A stretch of DNA of 64,000 nt from Acidobacteriota bacterium (lineage in GTDB: Bacteria; Acidobacteriota; Thermoanaerobaculia; Multivoradales; UBA5704): NCBI GenBank assembly GCA_040005235.1, contig JBDTZG010000001.1:192001-256000 (forward strand), in the 5' to 3' direction. The position numbers and the translations under genes are program-made. Below, piece by piece: positions 47,068 through 56,906 of the stretch. Each line of letters begins with the position of its first letter. Position 1 is the stretch's first letter. The notes under the pieces were generated by a model that ran no database searches, was not told where the DNA came from, and saw only the letters and a list, made by a program, of their open reading frames with translations.

Positions 47068-48467
47068 CCGACTATCGCGAGCTGCTGCGCGCCGGTTGGC
47101 GCCATCGCAAGAACGACGACGACGATCGGCGCGGCGCGCCGGCCGAACGGACGGTGGGGGTGCTCGGCGGGGACGCGGCTACGAATGAGAGCGCGCCGCG
47201 GCGCCAACGGCGGCAGGTCCTCGAACTGTTTTTAAAGAGCGTCGACCAGAGGAACAGCACCGCCCAGATCGGCTCGCGCGAGGCGCGCCACCGGGTCGGA
47301 CGGCTGGTCGACGACGCGGTCTCCTCCGGCGGGATCGCGCCGCTCGACGCGCGCGAGCGCGTCAAGCTCGAAGACCAGGTGGTCGCCGAGATCCGCGGCC
47401 TGGGGCCGCTCGAGCCGCTGTTTTCCGATCCGACGGTCTCCGACATCCTGGTCAACGGCCCCGACGAGGTTTGGGTTGACCGCTTCGGTCGGCTCGAACG
47501 GACGCGGATCCGCTTCGACGACGCGGCGCACCTCTCCCGCATCCTCGGTCGGCTGGTCGGCTCCCAAGGCCGGCATCTCGACGAGGCGTCGCCGCACGTC
47601 GACGTCCGCCTGCCCGACGGCAGCCGGCTACACGCGCTGATTCCGCCTCTCGCGGTCGCCCCGGTGGTGTCGATCCGTCGCATGCGTCCGGTGCCGTTCC
47701 GGCTCGAAGAGCTGGCCGCGAGCGGCGCGATCAGCCCGGAGGTGGGGGCCTTTCTTTCCGCCGCCGTTGCCGGCCGGTTGAACATCTTGATCTCCGGCGG
47801 CACCGCATCGGGAAAGACCACGCTGTTGAACGTGCTCGCGGCGCTCATCCCTCATCAAGAGCGGGTGATCACGATCGAAGAGACCGTCGAGCTGCGCTTC
47901 GCCCATCCACACGTGGTGTCGCTCGAAGCGCGGCTGCCGAACATCGAAGGCACCGGCGAGGTGTCGCTGCGCGCGTTAGTCAAGAACGCCCTGCGCATGC
48001 GCCCCGACCGGATCCTGGTCGGCGAGGTGCGCGGGCCCGAGGCGTTCGACATGTTGCAGGCGATGAACACCGGCCACGAGGGGAGCTTGACGACGGTCCA
48101 TGCGAACAGCCCGGAGGACGCCCTGCGGCGGTTGGAGAACCTGGTGCAGATGGGCGGCTTCGAGCTACCGAGCGCGGCGATCCGCGAGCTGCTCGGCGCG
48201 GCGTTCGATCTGGTGATCCAGATGAACCGGTTCCGCGACGGCTCGCGCCGGGTGACCGGCGTGCGGGAAGTGCAGGTCGTGGCGGGGCAGTTGGTCACCC
48301 GCGAGCTGTTCCGGTTCGAGGCCGACGGCGGAGGCCGGGAGCGGGGCGCGGGGCGGCACGTCGCGACCGGCATCCGACCCGCGTTTCTGCCCCGACTGGT
48401 GGGGATTCCCGGGTTCTCGGAGGCTTTGTTCGTGCCTGCCGGCGAACCGGTGAGGGAGAGGACCTGA
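47064..48467 (+). CDS. cpaF: Tad secretion ATPase CpaF/TadA
   Basis: [64 protein letters not shown] overlaps the cpaE stop. Confidence 0.95.
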   Translation: MTDYRELLRAGWRHRKNDDDDRRGAPAERTVGVLGGDAATNESAPRRQRRQVLELFLKSVDQRNSTAQIGSREARHRVGRLVDDAVSSGGIAPLDARERVKLEDQVVAEIRGLGPLEPLFSDPTVSDILVNGPDEVWVDRFGRLERTRIRFDDAAHLSRILGRLVGSQGRHLDEASPHVDVRLPDGSRLHALIPPLAVAPVVSIRRMRPVPFRLEELAASGAISPEVGAFLSAAVAGRLNILISGGTASGKTTLLNVLAALIPHQERVITIEETVELRFAHPHVVSLEARLPNIEGTGEVSLRALVKNALRMRPDRILVGEVRGPEAFDMLQAMNTGHEGSLTTVHANSPEDALRRLENLVQMGGFELPSAAIRELLGAAFDLVIQMNRFRDGSRRVTGVREVQVVAGQLVTRELFRFEADGGGRERGAGRHVATGIRPAFLPRLVGIPGFSEALFVPAGEPVRERT

Positions 48468-49426
48468 TGCCGGCCTGGGCCGAAAGCCTGCTGTTGCTCG
48501 CCTCCGCCCTGGTGGTCGCGGGGGCGGCGGCCGACTATCTGCGCGCGGGTTTCGCCGAGCGGCGCGATCGGCAGTTTCTGGATCGCCTGGCGGAGCGCCA
48601 GGGCGAGCGCGGCGGTCGCGAGCTTCGCTCCGCGGGGGCCGGAGACGCCGTGGGCACCTCGGAGGCCGAGCGGCGCGAGGAGGTGCCGGCGTTGGAACGA
48701 AAACTGCGCGCCGCCGGGCTGCCGATTGGCCCGATGACCTTTGTGGCAGCGGTGCTGCTAGGGCTGGTGGCGGTCGTCGTTTTCCTGCTCGCCGAGTTTC
48801 CCAATTTGGCCGTCGCGGCGTTTGCCGGCGGCGGGCTCGCCCTCTACCTTCCCTGGGCTTGGCTCGGCTCGCTCGGACGCTGGCGCGCCCGGCGTTTTGA
48901 GGCGCGCCTGGGCGAGGCGCTCGGCTTCATGGTCGGCTCCCTCCAAGCGGGGGAGAACCCGACCCAGGCGTTCGCCAGCGTCGCCGAGGCTTCGACCGGC
49001 GCGATTCGCCGGGAGTTCTCCGAGGTCGCCCACCGGCTGGGATTGGGCATGCCGATCCGGCGGGCGCTCTCGAGGATCACCGAAGGGTACGACGCCGAAG
49101 GGGTGCGCCTGTTCGCCCAGAGTCTGATCGCCAAGTGGGAGGTTGGCGGCGATCTCGCGCCGCTGCTCGAATCGGTGGGCCGGATCGTCCGCGATCGGAT
49201 CCAGGTGCGGCTTCGCTTGCTGTCTCAGCTCGGCGGCGCGAGGGTGACTGCTGTGGCGGTGGCGCTCCTTCCCTACGCGGTGATCCCGATCTTCCTGTGG
49301 AAGCTGCCGAGCATGATCCACCGCCTGTTCGACCATCCGCTCGGACCGTCGCTGATGGTGGTCGCGGTCCTGCTTCAGATCGTCTCCTGGATGTGGCTCG
49401 GGCGGATCTTGAGGATCGAGCTGTGA
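48467..49426 (+). CDS. tadB: Tad inner-membrane platform protein TadB
   Basis: T2SS-F pattern: [21 protein letters not shown]; TM segments; follows cpaF. Confidence 0.88.
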   Translation: MPAWAESLLLLASALVVAGAAADYLRAGFAERRDRQFLDRLAERQGERGGRELRSAGAGDAVGTSEAERREEVPALERKLRAAGLPIGPMTFVAAVLLGLVAVVVFLLAEFPNLAVAAFAGGGLALYLPWAWLGSLGRWRARRFEARLGEALGFMVGSLQAGENPTQAFASVAEASTGAIRREFSEVAHRLGLGMPIRRALSRITEGYDAEGVRLFAQSLIAKWEVGGDLAPLLESVGRIVRDRIQVRLRLLSQLGGARVTAVAVALLPYAVIPIFLWKLPSMIHRLFDHPLGPSLMVVAVLLQIVSWMWLGRILRIEL

Positions 49427-50313
49427 GCGGGCTCGACGCGCTGCTCGCTGTGGCGTTGATCGCGGCCGTGGTCTGGCTGGTGCGGACGCGGCCGGTCGGG
49501 TCGTTGGGTTCTCTCGGCTCCCTCCATGCGCTCCAGGGCTCCGGCGCCGTGGCAAGGCCGGGGGCGGCCCCCGCCGAAGGGTGGCGGGAGCGGGCCTCGG
49601 CCCGGGTACAGGGCTATTTCCCGACCGTGGCGCGCCAAGCGGGTTATGACCCGGCGGCGCTCTCCGGTTTCTTCCTCGCGGCGCGCCTGATCTTCGCCCT
49701 GCTGTTTCCGTCGCTGCTGATCGAGCTGCTCGCCCCTTGGGGGGCGGTGCCTGCGTCGCTCACGGCCGCCTGGCTCGTCGTGCCGGCGTCGATCGGATTC
49801 GTCTTGCCGGATCTCTGGCTACTGGGTGTGCGGCGGCGGCGCAAGGCGAAGGTTGCGCACGGGCTGTCGTTCTTCGCCGACCTCCTGGTCGCCTTTCTCC
49901 ATTCCGGCTTGAGCCTCGAACAGGCGTTCCGGCGCGCCGGGCGCGAAGGGTTTTCCCCTTCGCATCCGCTCGCCCGCGAGGTGGCGACCGTGGGGGTCGA
50001 GCTCGACGCCGGGCAGGATCCCGCGATCGCGTTCCGGGCGCTCGCGGAGCGCACGGGGGTGGCCGAGCTGCGCGGCATCGCCTCGGCGCTCCAGCTCGGC
50101 GCCCGCCTCGGCACGCCTGTCAAGACGACGCTCGCGGCGCACGCCGAGCTGCTCTGGACCAAGCGGCGCGAGAGTGCGCTCAAGAAGATCAACGCCGCCG
50201 CGGTAAAAGTGACGTTTCCGGTGATGCTCGCCGGTTTTCCCCTGTTCTTCCTGCTCACCTTCTTCCCGGCGATCCTGGAGCTGCTGGATGAAGTGCGAGC
50301 CGTTCTCGGTTGA
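49423..50313 (+). CDS. tadC: Tad inner-membrane platform protein TadC
   Basis: LPDLWL, DLL...SGLSLEQA, LAERTG..EL, AAVKVTFP. GTG overlaps the tadB stop. Confidence 0.88.
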   Translation: MSGLDALLAVALIAAVVWLVRTRPVGSLGSLGSLHALQGSGAVARPGAAPAEGWRERASARVQGYFPTVARQAGYDPAALSGFFLAARLIFALLFPSLLIELLAPWGAVPASLTAAWLVVPASIGFVLPDLWLLGVRRRRKAKVAHGLSFFADLLVAFLHSGLSLEQAFRRAGREGFSPSHPLAREVATVGVELDAGQDPAIAFRALAERTGVAELRGIASALQLGARLGTPVKTTLAAHAELLWTKRRESALKKINAAAVKVTFPVMLAGFPLFFLLTFFPAILELLDEVRAVLG

Positions 50314-52088
50314 CGTTCGACCCTAAGGAGAGGTGCGAAGTGAATCTGACGGAAGAGATTCGGAATCCGGTGAGCGACCTGGCGGCGGCGAGCCCTGACG
50401 ACGAAACCTGGGCTGCGCCGCGCTGGGCGTTGGGCGCTCGGGCGACGGTCCTTTGGGGCCTCGCGGTGCTCGGCTTTCTGCTGCTCTGCTATCGGCCGCT
50501 CGATCCAACGGAGTTGATGGCGCATCTTTCGTACGGGGACTGGCTGCTCCAACACCGGGCGCTGCCGGCCGCCGATCCGATTCAGCCGCTCGCCGCGGGG
50601 ATGCCGATCCTCGATGCCTCGTGGCTCGCGCAAGCGGTTCTCGCGACGGTTGAACGGGCGGGTGACGGGGCGGCAAGCCACGCGGGCGCCGGCTGGCTCG
50701 CGGCACTGTTCGCGCTGCTTCGCCTGGCTGGTGCCGCGCTGCTGCTCTCGGCCTTTCGCCGCGTCTCGGGAAGCTGGGCTTGGGGCCTTGTCGGCCTTGC
50801 CCTGGTGCTCGCTTTCGCCGGAGGGGCGGGAGGGCCTTGGGAGACCTTGGGGCCGGCGACGTTCGGCGCGCTTTGCATGGCCTTCCTGCTCCGACGGATC
50901 GCGAGCTTCGAGGCCGACCAACAGGGCCCGCCGACTCCCGGCCGGGGAGCTTTCAAGGAGCTGGCGGCGGCGGCCGGTTGGGTGGTTCTGTTCGCGCTGT
51001 GGGCGAACCTCCACGTCTCGTTCGTGCTGGGGTTGGCGGTTCTGGCGCTCGGTGCCGCGGGCAAAGGGCTCGAAGCTCTGTCCCGCCGCCGCGAGCGTCC
51101 GTCCAGCGCCTGGCGTTCGCTGGTGATCGATCGCCCTTTCCGACGCTGGCTGCTGTTCGCCGAGCTCGCCGCGGCGGCGACGTTGATCAACCCGTACGGC
51201 ATCGAGCTCTGGCTTCACGTCTGGCGCCTGCGCTCGAACCCGAACCTCGCCGGCATGCCGGCTTGGCAACCGCTGTCGGTCGAGAAGGCCGGGGGCTGGG
51301 CGTTCGCCCTGGCGATCGCGGTGTTGCTCTGGGCCTTTCTCCGGGGCTCCTCGCGGCGCCGGCCGATCCCCGTCGCACAGGCCCTGTGGGGGATCGGGCT
51401 TGGGCTCGCTGCGCTCGCGGCGGCGGGTCTGCTCGCCCCGTGCGCTCCGCTGTTCGTCCTGATCCTGCTCCCTCAATTCGCGGCGCTGTTGGACGACCTG
51501 ACGTCCGGCCTTCGCGCCGAAGGTGCTGCCGGCCGCTTCGGACGTTGGGCGTCGGGCGCGCGGGAACGGTTCGGGTTTCTCGCCGAACCGTCCTGGCACA
51601 AATCGGTGCTCGCCTTGGCGCTCCTCTGGGCGGCGTTCGTCCTGTCGCCGGTCGGCGCGTCGCTGCTCCGCGGCGAGGCGCGACCGCCCGAGCGGGCGTT
51701 TTCCGCGAGCGCGCCGGTCGCTCTCGCCGGCTATCTCGCCGCCCATCCTCCCCGCGGCCTGACGTTCATGCCGACCGTTTGGGCGGACTGGCTGGTGCGG
51801 CAAGGGCCACAGGGGCGCGATCGGCTGCGGCCGTTCGCCACCACGGAAATAGAGGGGCTGCCGACGGAAGTCTGGCAAGACTATCTGCGGATCGCGGGCG
51901 GCGCCTCCGACTGGCAACGGGTGCTCGACCGGTATGGCGTGCGCACCGCGATCTTCGACCGCGAGGCGCAACACGGACAAATCCAATCGCTGCGCTATGC
52001 CGAGGATTGGCGCCTCGCCTACGAAGACGACCGGAGCTTCGTCTTCGAGCGGACGGCCCCGACCTCGACGAAAGGAGGCAAGTTATGA
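50310..52088 (+). CDS. Multi-pass membrane protein, GT-C-like glycosyltransferase candidate
   Basis: AHLSYGDWL...P.ADP, SWLAQ, LWANLHVSF.LG, TLINPYG, WQP; soluble C-terminal domain (W..VLDRYGV). Coupled to tadC; start could be 50340. Confidence 0.65.
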   Translation: MTFDPKERCEVNLTEEIRNPVSDLAAASPDDETWAAPRWALGARATVLWGLAVLGFLLLCYRPLDPTELMAHLSYGDWLLQHRALPAADPIQPLAAGMPILDASWLAQAVLATVERAGDGAASHAGAGWLAALFALLRLAGAALLLSAFRRVSGSWAWGLVGLALVLAFAGGAGGPWETLGPATFGALCMAFLLRRIASFEADQQGPPTPGRGAFKELAAAAGWVVLFALWANLHVSFVLGLAVLALGAAGKGLEALSRRRERPSSAWRSLVIDRPFRRWLLFAELAAAATLINPYGIELWLHVWRLRSNPNLAGMPAWQPLSVEKAGGWAFALAIAVLLWAFLRGSSRRRPIPVAQALWGIGLGLAALAAAGLLAPCAPLFVLILLPQFAALLDDLTSGLRAEGAAGRFGRWASGARERFGFLAEPSWHKSVLALALLWAAFVLSPVGASLLRGEARPPERAFSASAPVALAGYLAAHPPRGLTFMPTVWADWLVRQGPQGRDRLRPFATTEIEGLPTEVWQDYLRIAGGASDWQRVLDRYGVRTAIFDREAQHGQIQSLRYAEDWRLAYEDDRSFVFERTAPTSTKGGKL

Positions 52089-53353
52089 GCGGGATCGCCA
52101 CCTCGGGACCTTCGACCCGCGCGGCGCGCTTCGGTGGCCTCTCGCTCGGGCTGCAACTGGCGCTGCTGGCCGGTGCGGCGTCGTGGGGCGTCTGGCAAGC
52201 GCGGGCGGATCTCGGCTCCCGGGCGCTGCCCCCTTTACGGACGCAACCCTACGCCGTGCCGCCGCTCTACGACGATCCCGCGGTGGTCGCGGATCAGGAT
52301 CTCGCCCGCGTCCTGCCGCGCCTCGGCCTGCGCGGCAAGGGCGCGCAAACTGTGATCGGCCACGTCGAGCACGGCCTGCGCGCCTGGGGGCCGGGCGTCC
52401 AGTTCGCCGATCCGGGTTTCCTTTCGGGACCCGACATGATGCACGTGCTGCTCAACAACTGGCGTTTCGTCAGCACCTACGGACCGAGCCAGCGGTCGCT
52501 GCTCTACGCCGGCAGCGACGGCCGGGCGACCGGCAGCATCGGACGGCAGGACGAGCCAGGGGTGCGCGTGCGGGTCCTCGAAGGGGTCGCGAGCAGCCCG
52601 CACGTCGATCACCTGCTCGCCACACTCGGGGAGGTGGGCACGACGCTCGACACCTCGATCGTCGCCCCGGGCCAACCGACCTCTCTGCGCGCGGTGCTCG
52701 AACAGTCGCTCCGGACCTTCGACCTGAATCAGGCGGAGTACGAATGGTCGTCGCTCGCTTACGCGCTCTACCTGCCGCCGACCCATGCCTGGCGCACCTC
52801 CGAAGGGCGCGAGATGACGTTCGACCGACTCGCCGAACGCCTGATGCGCGAGGAGCTGCCGCGCGGGGTCTGCTCGGGGAATCATCGCCTTCATGCCCTG
52901 GTGGTCTTCCTGCGCATCGACGACCGGATGGCCAAAGAGGGAGCGCCGCGGATCCTGTCGCCCGCTTCCCGCCGCCAGGTCATCTCCTACCTACGCGAGG
53001 TGACCGCGATGCTGGTGCGGCACCAGCACCCGGACGGGTTTTGGAACGGCGATTGGCCGACCTCGGCTCCAGCTCAGGCGGAGCCGTCCGGACGGATCGG
53101 CGACCGGCTGAGCGACCGGCTCATCGTCACCGGGCACGCGCTCGAATGGTGGTCGCTCGCGCCGCCGGAGATCTTGCCGCCGCGCGCGGTGCGCGCCGCC
53201 GCCGGACGCTGGTTGGTGCGCACGATCGACGGCATGTCGGCGGATCAGATCCAGGCCAATTTCTCTTTTCTGTCGCACGCTGCACGCGCCCTCGCCCAAT
53301 GGCGGGGCAGCACGCCCGCCGAGATCTTGGCGCGCGGTGCGGCGAAAGGGTAG
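52085..53353 (+). CDS. Membrane-anchored hypothetical protein, possible alpha/alpha-toroid enzyme
   Basis: One N-terminal TM; HVDHLLA, QAEYEW, GVCSGNHRL, HQHPDGFW (QW-like), TGHALEW, SHAARAL. Confidence 0.7.
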   Translation: MSGIATSGPSTRAARFGGLSLGLQLALLAGAASWGVWQARADLGSRALPPLRTQPYAVPPLYDDPAVVADQDLARVLPRLGLRGKGAQTVIGHVEHGLRAWGPGVQFADPGFLSGPDMMHVLLNNWRFVSTYGPSQRSLLYAGSDGRATGSIGRQDEPGVRVRVLEGVASSPHVDHLLATLGEVGTTLDTSIVAPGQPTSLRAVLEQSLRTFDLNQAEYEWSSLAYALYLPPTHAWRTSEGREMTFDRLAERLMREELPRGVCSGNHRLHALVVFLRIDDRMAKEGAPRILSPASRRQVISYLREVTAMLVRHQHPDGFWNGDWPTSAPAQAEPSGRIGDRLSDRLIVTGHALEWWSLAPPEILPPRAVRAAAGRWLVRTIDGMSADQIQANFSFLSHAARALAQWRGSTPAEILARGAAKG

Positions 53354-53395
53354 GGCTCGGCACGGCAAGACCTTTCGTATGGAGGGAGTGGTACC

Positions 53396-54157
53396 ATGAG
53401 GGAATCCAACGGCATGAGGTCTGAAGTCGAGATGTACAGCGTTCGACGAGTGGAGAACCATCGCGCTCCCGCCGAGCCGGCACCCTTGGGGTCCGCCGAT
53501 CGGCCGGTGCCATCGCTCTCAGCGCAGCTCGCCCTGGTGCAGGAGCGAGAACGGCGGCGGATCGCCCGCGGCCTGCACGACGTCGTCGGCCATTCCCTCG
53601 CCCTCGCCCGGATGCAGCTCGCGCAGCTGCTCGCCACGGAACCGTGTGCAGAACGGCGCCGGGCGTTCGAACAGGTGGGCGAGCTGTTGGGTTGCGCGGT
53701 CGAGGAGACCCGTTCGCTGACCTTCGAGCTCAGCTCGCTGGTGCTCTGCGAGCTGGGGTTGGAGCCGGCGCTGCAAAGCCTCGGCGAACGGGTCGCCGGT
53801 CTGCAAGGTTTTCGTTTCGATTTCACCACCGACCACCTGCAGAAACCGTTGTCCGAGGACGCAGAAACGATTCTTTACCGGGTGGTCGAAGAGCTATTGG
53901 TCAACGCGGCGAAACACTCGAAGGCGCGGGCGATCGAGCTGATCGTGCGGCGGGCGGAGGATCGCGTCCAGATCGCGGTCGAGGACGACGGCGTCGGGTT
54001 CGACGCTTTGGCGATCGGGCCGCAGCCCACCGGGCTCGGCCTTCCTGGGGCGCGTCAGCTTCTCCGCCATCTCGGCGGACGTCTGGAGATCGATTCCGCC
54101 CGCGGGAAGGGCAGCCGCATGGTGGTGACGGTGCCGGTTCGGAGCAACCCGTCATGA
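53396..54157 (+). CDS. HisKA_3 (NarX-type) histidine kinase without sensor or TM domain
   Basis: ERRRIARGLHD, EELLVNAAKHS, EDDGVGFD, GLGL, GGRLEIDS. Exact start uncertain. Confidence 0.88.
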   Translation: MRESNGMRSEVEMYSVRRVENHRAPAEPAPLGSADRPVPSLSAQLALVQERERRRIARGLHDVVGHSLALARMQLAQLLATEPCAERRRAFEQVGELLGCAVEETRSLTFELSSLVLCELGLEPALQSLGERVAGLQGFRFDFTTDHLQKPLSEDAETILYRVVEELLVNAAKHSKARAIELIVRRAEDRVQIAVEDDGVGFDALAIGPQPTGLGLPGARQLLRHLGGRLEIDSARGKGSRMVVTVPVRSNPS

Positions 54158-54807
54158 GCATCCGCATCCTGATCGCCGACGATCACGAGATCATGCTCGA
54201 CGGCTTGCGCGCGCTGCTGGAAAAGCAGGCTGATTTTTCCGTCGTCGGTGTGGCAAAAGACGGCAAGGAGGCGGTCGACAAATCCTGCTCGCTGGCGCCG
54301 GACGTCGTGGTGATGGATATTTCGATGCCGGGATTAAACGGCATCGACGCGACCCGCCAGATCACGGCGAAGCGGCCCGAAACCAAGGTGCTCTGCCTGT
54401 CGGCGCACGCCGAGCCCCGGTTCGTCGAAGCGATGCTCGAAGCGAACGCCGCGGGCTACCTGCTCAAGGAGTACTCCCAGGAGAGCCTGGTGCAGGCGAT
54501 CCGCCACGTCATCGCCAACGAGGTCTACATCTGTCCGCGCGTCGGCTACGCCGTGGTCCGTGCGCTCAAGGCCGAACGGCCGAGCGCGGCCTCGACCGTC
54601 GAACCGCTCACCGAACGCGAGCGCGAAATCCTGCAGCTGATCTCGGAAGGGCATTCGACCAAAGACATCGCCGAGCGGCTGTTCCTGAGCATCAAAACCG
54701 TCGGCACCCACCGCGAGCACCTGATGGACAAGCTCGACATCCACTCGATCGCCGGCCTGACCAAGTACGCGATTCGTGAAGGCCTGACCGACGCCGCGCT
54801 CGGATAG
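54154..54807 (+). CDS. NarL/LuxR-family response regulator 1
   Basis: IADDH, VMDISMPG, GYLLK, LTEREREIL, KTVGTHR. Coupled to the kinase. Confidence 0.93.
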   Translation: MSIRILIADDHEIMLDGLRALLEKQADFSVVGVAKDGKEAVDKSCSLAPDVVVMDISMPGLNGIDATRQITAKRPETKVLCLSAHAEPRFVEAMLEANAAGYLLKEYSQESLVQAIRHVIANEVYICPRVGYAVVRALKAERPSAASTVEPLTEREREILQLISEGHSTKDIAERLFLSIKTVGTHREHLMDKLDIHSIAGLTKYAIREGLTDAALG

Positions 54808-54854
54808 CGCCTCGCCTCCGAAACCGCCGTCTGCCGGCGGTAGAAGCAAACCGG

Positions 54855-54925
54855 AAGAATCAGGTTTTTCGGTGGGCAGAATCAGTCGCCCGCCGATGGC
54901 ATTGGTCGCGCCGGTTCCCTACAGT
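54855..54925 (+). promoter_or_regulatory. Conserved regulatory block, copy 1
   Basis: AAGAATCAG.TTTTT...CAG..TCAG.CGC..GCCGAT.GC...GCCG.T.CCCTACAGT, also at 55702-55773. Confidence 0.6.
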
Positions 54926-55019
54926 CTTCCTAAGATTACAGCGCTGCGGTGCCTTCAAGTGGAAGAAGGCGAGAGAAAGCCGGAGGGAAGAGTTTCGTTC
55001 CATTTCGGGGAGACCACCC

Positions 55020-55673
55020 ATGAGCATCCGCATCCTGCTGGCCGACGCGCAACAGATCCTGCTCGACGGCTTGTGCGCTCTGCTCGAACGGGAGCCCGGC
55101 TTCGAGGTGATCGGCGTCGTGCGGGACGGCCGGGAAGCGGTCGAGCGGGCCATGGCGGAGACGCCCGACGTGGTGGTCATGGACACCTCCATGCCGGGTC
55201 TAAACGGCGTCGATGCGACACGCCAGATCACGACGAAACTGCCCGCGGTCAAGGTGCTCTGCCTCTCTGCTCACGCCGAGCCCCGTCTCGTGGCGGCCAT
55301 GTTCAAAGCCAATGCCTCCGGCTATCTGCTCAAGGATACCTCGCACAAAGAACTGGTGCGGGCGATCCGTCACGTCATGGCGGGGGAGGCCTACATCTGC
55401 CCGCAGGTCGGCGCCGCCGTGGTCCAGGCGCTCAAGGCGGAGAAAGCGCGGACGGCCTCGACGATCGAGCCGCTCTCCGAGCGCGAGCGCGAGATCCTGC
55501 ACCTGATCGCGGACGGCATTTCGGCCAAGGGGATCGCCGACCGGCTCCATCTGAGCCTCAAGGCGGTGGGATCTGAGCGCGAGCAGCTGATGACGAAGCT
55601 TGACATCCATTCGATCGCCGGCCTGACCAAGTACGCCATCCGCGAAGGCCTCACCGACGAGGCTTCCGCATAG
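55020..55673 (+). CDS. NarL/LuxR-family response regulator 2 (paralog, partly degenerate)
   Basis: Colinear with regulator 1; ADDH is changed to ADAQ, phospho-Asp retained, recognition helix altered (KAVGSER). Confidence 0.92.
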   Translation: MSIRILLADAQQILLDGLCALLEREPGFEVIGVVRDGREAVERAMAETPDVVVMDTSMPGLNGVDATRQITTKLPAVKVLCLSAHAEPRLVAAMFKANASGYLLKDTSHKELVRAIRHVMAGEAYICPQVGAAVVQALKAEKARTASTIEPLSEREREILHLIADGISAKGIADRLHLSLKAVGSEREQLMTKLDIHSIAGLTKYAIREGLTDEASA

Positions 55674-55701
55674 TGTCGATGCCGGCGGATTCGGAAACCC
55701 C

Positions 55702-55773
55702 AAGAATCAGTTTTTTTGCACCTCAGTTTCAGACGCTTGCCGATAGCCTCGGCCTAGGCCGATCCCCTACAGT
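55702..55773 (+). promoter_or_regulatory. Conserved regulatory block, copy 2, upstream of pilin genes
   Basis: Aligns nearly gap-free with 54855-54925. Confidence 0.6.
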
Positions 55774-55909
55774 TCAACTTGTCAAAGGCAACATCGCTCT
55801 CGGGCTCATTGGTAGGCTCGTCCTCGACTAGAGCGGGAGTCGAGAGCCGGGCGGAGGGTGTTCTCCAAATTGGAGCTTTACCCGCAGACCTAAGAAAGGA
55901 GTTGGCACC

Positions 55910-56260
55910 ATGGTACGAAGGGGAAAGAAGGGGCAGGCCGGATTCATCGTCAGCGCCGAGATCATTTTCATCTTGACGATCATGATCTGCTGCGTGGCGA
56001 TCGGGTGGTCCTCGATCAGCGCCAAGATCATCGGCGAGATCGGCGACCTCGGCTCGGCGATCGGTTCGCTCAACCAGAGCTACAGCATGAGCGGCATGGC
56101 GGTCGGCCATCCCACCGATCCGGTCCATCCGACGGACATCGCGTTCTGGCGCGGCAGCAGCTTCGAGGATCACCAGGACTTCTGCGATCAGGGTGGCACC
56201 TGCGGCGTTCGGATGTGTATCCCGCCGGCCCCCGAGTGCACGCCGCTGCCAACCCCGTAA
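55910..56260 (+). CDS. Flp-like pilin 1 (non-canonical, Cys-rich tail)
   Basis: AAGGAG RBS; basic leader, QAG|FIVSAE, hydrophobic helix, EIGDLGSAIGSLNQSYS; Tad context. Confidence 0.75.
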   Translation: MVRRGKKGQAGFIVSAEIIFILTIMICCVAIGWSSISAKIIGEIGDLGSAIGSLNQSYSMSGMAVGHPTDPVHPTDIAFWRGSSFEDHQDFCDQGGTCGVRMCIPPAPECTPLPTP

Positions 56261-56298
56261 CTCCGGGGAAGGGTCTGAGCTTCGCAGAGAAGATGAAT

Positions 56299-56328
56299 GG
56301 ACTCCGAAAGCCTTCGCTCTCGGAGTCC
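56299..56328 (+). terminator. Stem-loop after pilin 1 (related copy at 56775-56803 after pilin 2)
   Basis: GGACTCCGA...TCGGAGTCC; second copy GGCTCCGAG...CTCGGGGTCC. Confidence 0.5.
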
Positions 56329-56374
56329 TGTGACACTTCTCGGGGCTCGAGCAGCACGAAAGGAGCCGACACCC

Positions 56375-56728
56375 ATGATGCGAAAAGGAAAGGAAAAGCA
56401 GGCCGGCTTCATAGTCAGTGCCGAGATCATTTTTATCCTGACGATCATGATCTGTTGTGTAGCGATCGGCTGGTCTTCGATCTGCGCCAAGATCATCGGC
56501 GAGATCGGCGACCTCGGCTCGGCGATCGGCTCGCTCAACCAGAGCTACAGCATGAGCGGCATGGCGGTCGGCCATCCCACCGATCCGGTTCATCCAACGG
56601 ACATCGCGTTCTGGCGTGGCAGCAGCTACGAGGATCACCAGGACTTCTGCGATGCGGGCGGAACCTGCGGCGTTCGGATGTGCATACCGCCGACCCTCGA
56701 GGGAGCGGTCGTCGTCGATATCCCGTGA
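56375..56728 (+). CDS. Flp-like pilin 2 (near-identical tandem paralog)
   Basis: AAGGAG RBS; mature region nearly identical to pilin 1, differing mainly in leader and last ~12 residues. Confidence 0.75.
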   Translation: MMRKGKEKQAGFIVSAEIIFILTIMICCVAIGWSSICAKIIGEIGDLGSAIGSLNQSYSMSGMAVGHPTDPVHPTDIAFWRGSSYEDHQDFCDAGGTCGVRMCIPPTLEGAVVVDIP

Positions 56729-56906
56729 TCGACGAATTGCCGCTAAGGGTCGCCAAAGTTGAAAAGAGTCGAACGGCTCCGAGGGCTACGGCTCTCGGGG
56801 TCCACTTTCGTGCCGCAGCCTGCTCTCAGGTGCCGGCTTGGACTTAGCAGCCTTCCACACGACGCATCCGAAACGCTGGGGTGTGATGACCTACAAGGAG
56901 ACCGAG

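Noticed and set aside
55910-56728. Pilin duplication as an assembly artefact or diversity-generating retroelement template/variable repeat
   Set aside because: The copies differ at synonymous sites, leaders and tails, both have an RBS, differences are not confined to adenines, and no reverse transcriptase is present.
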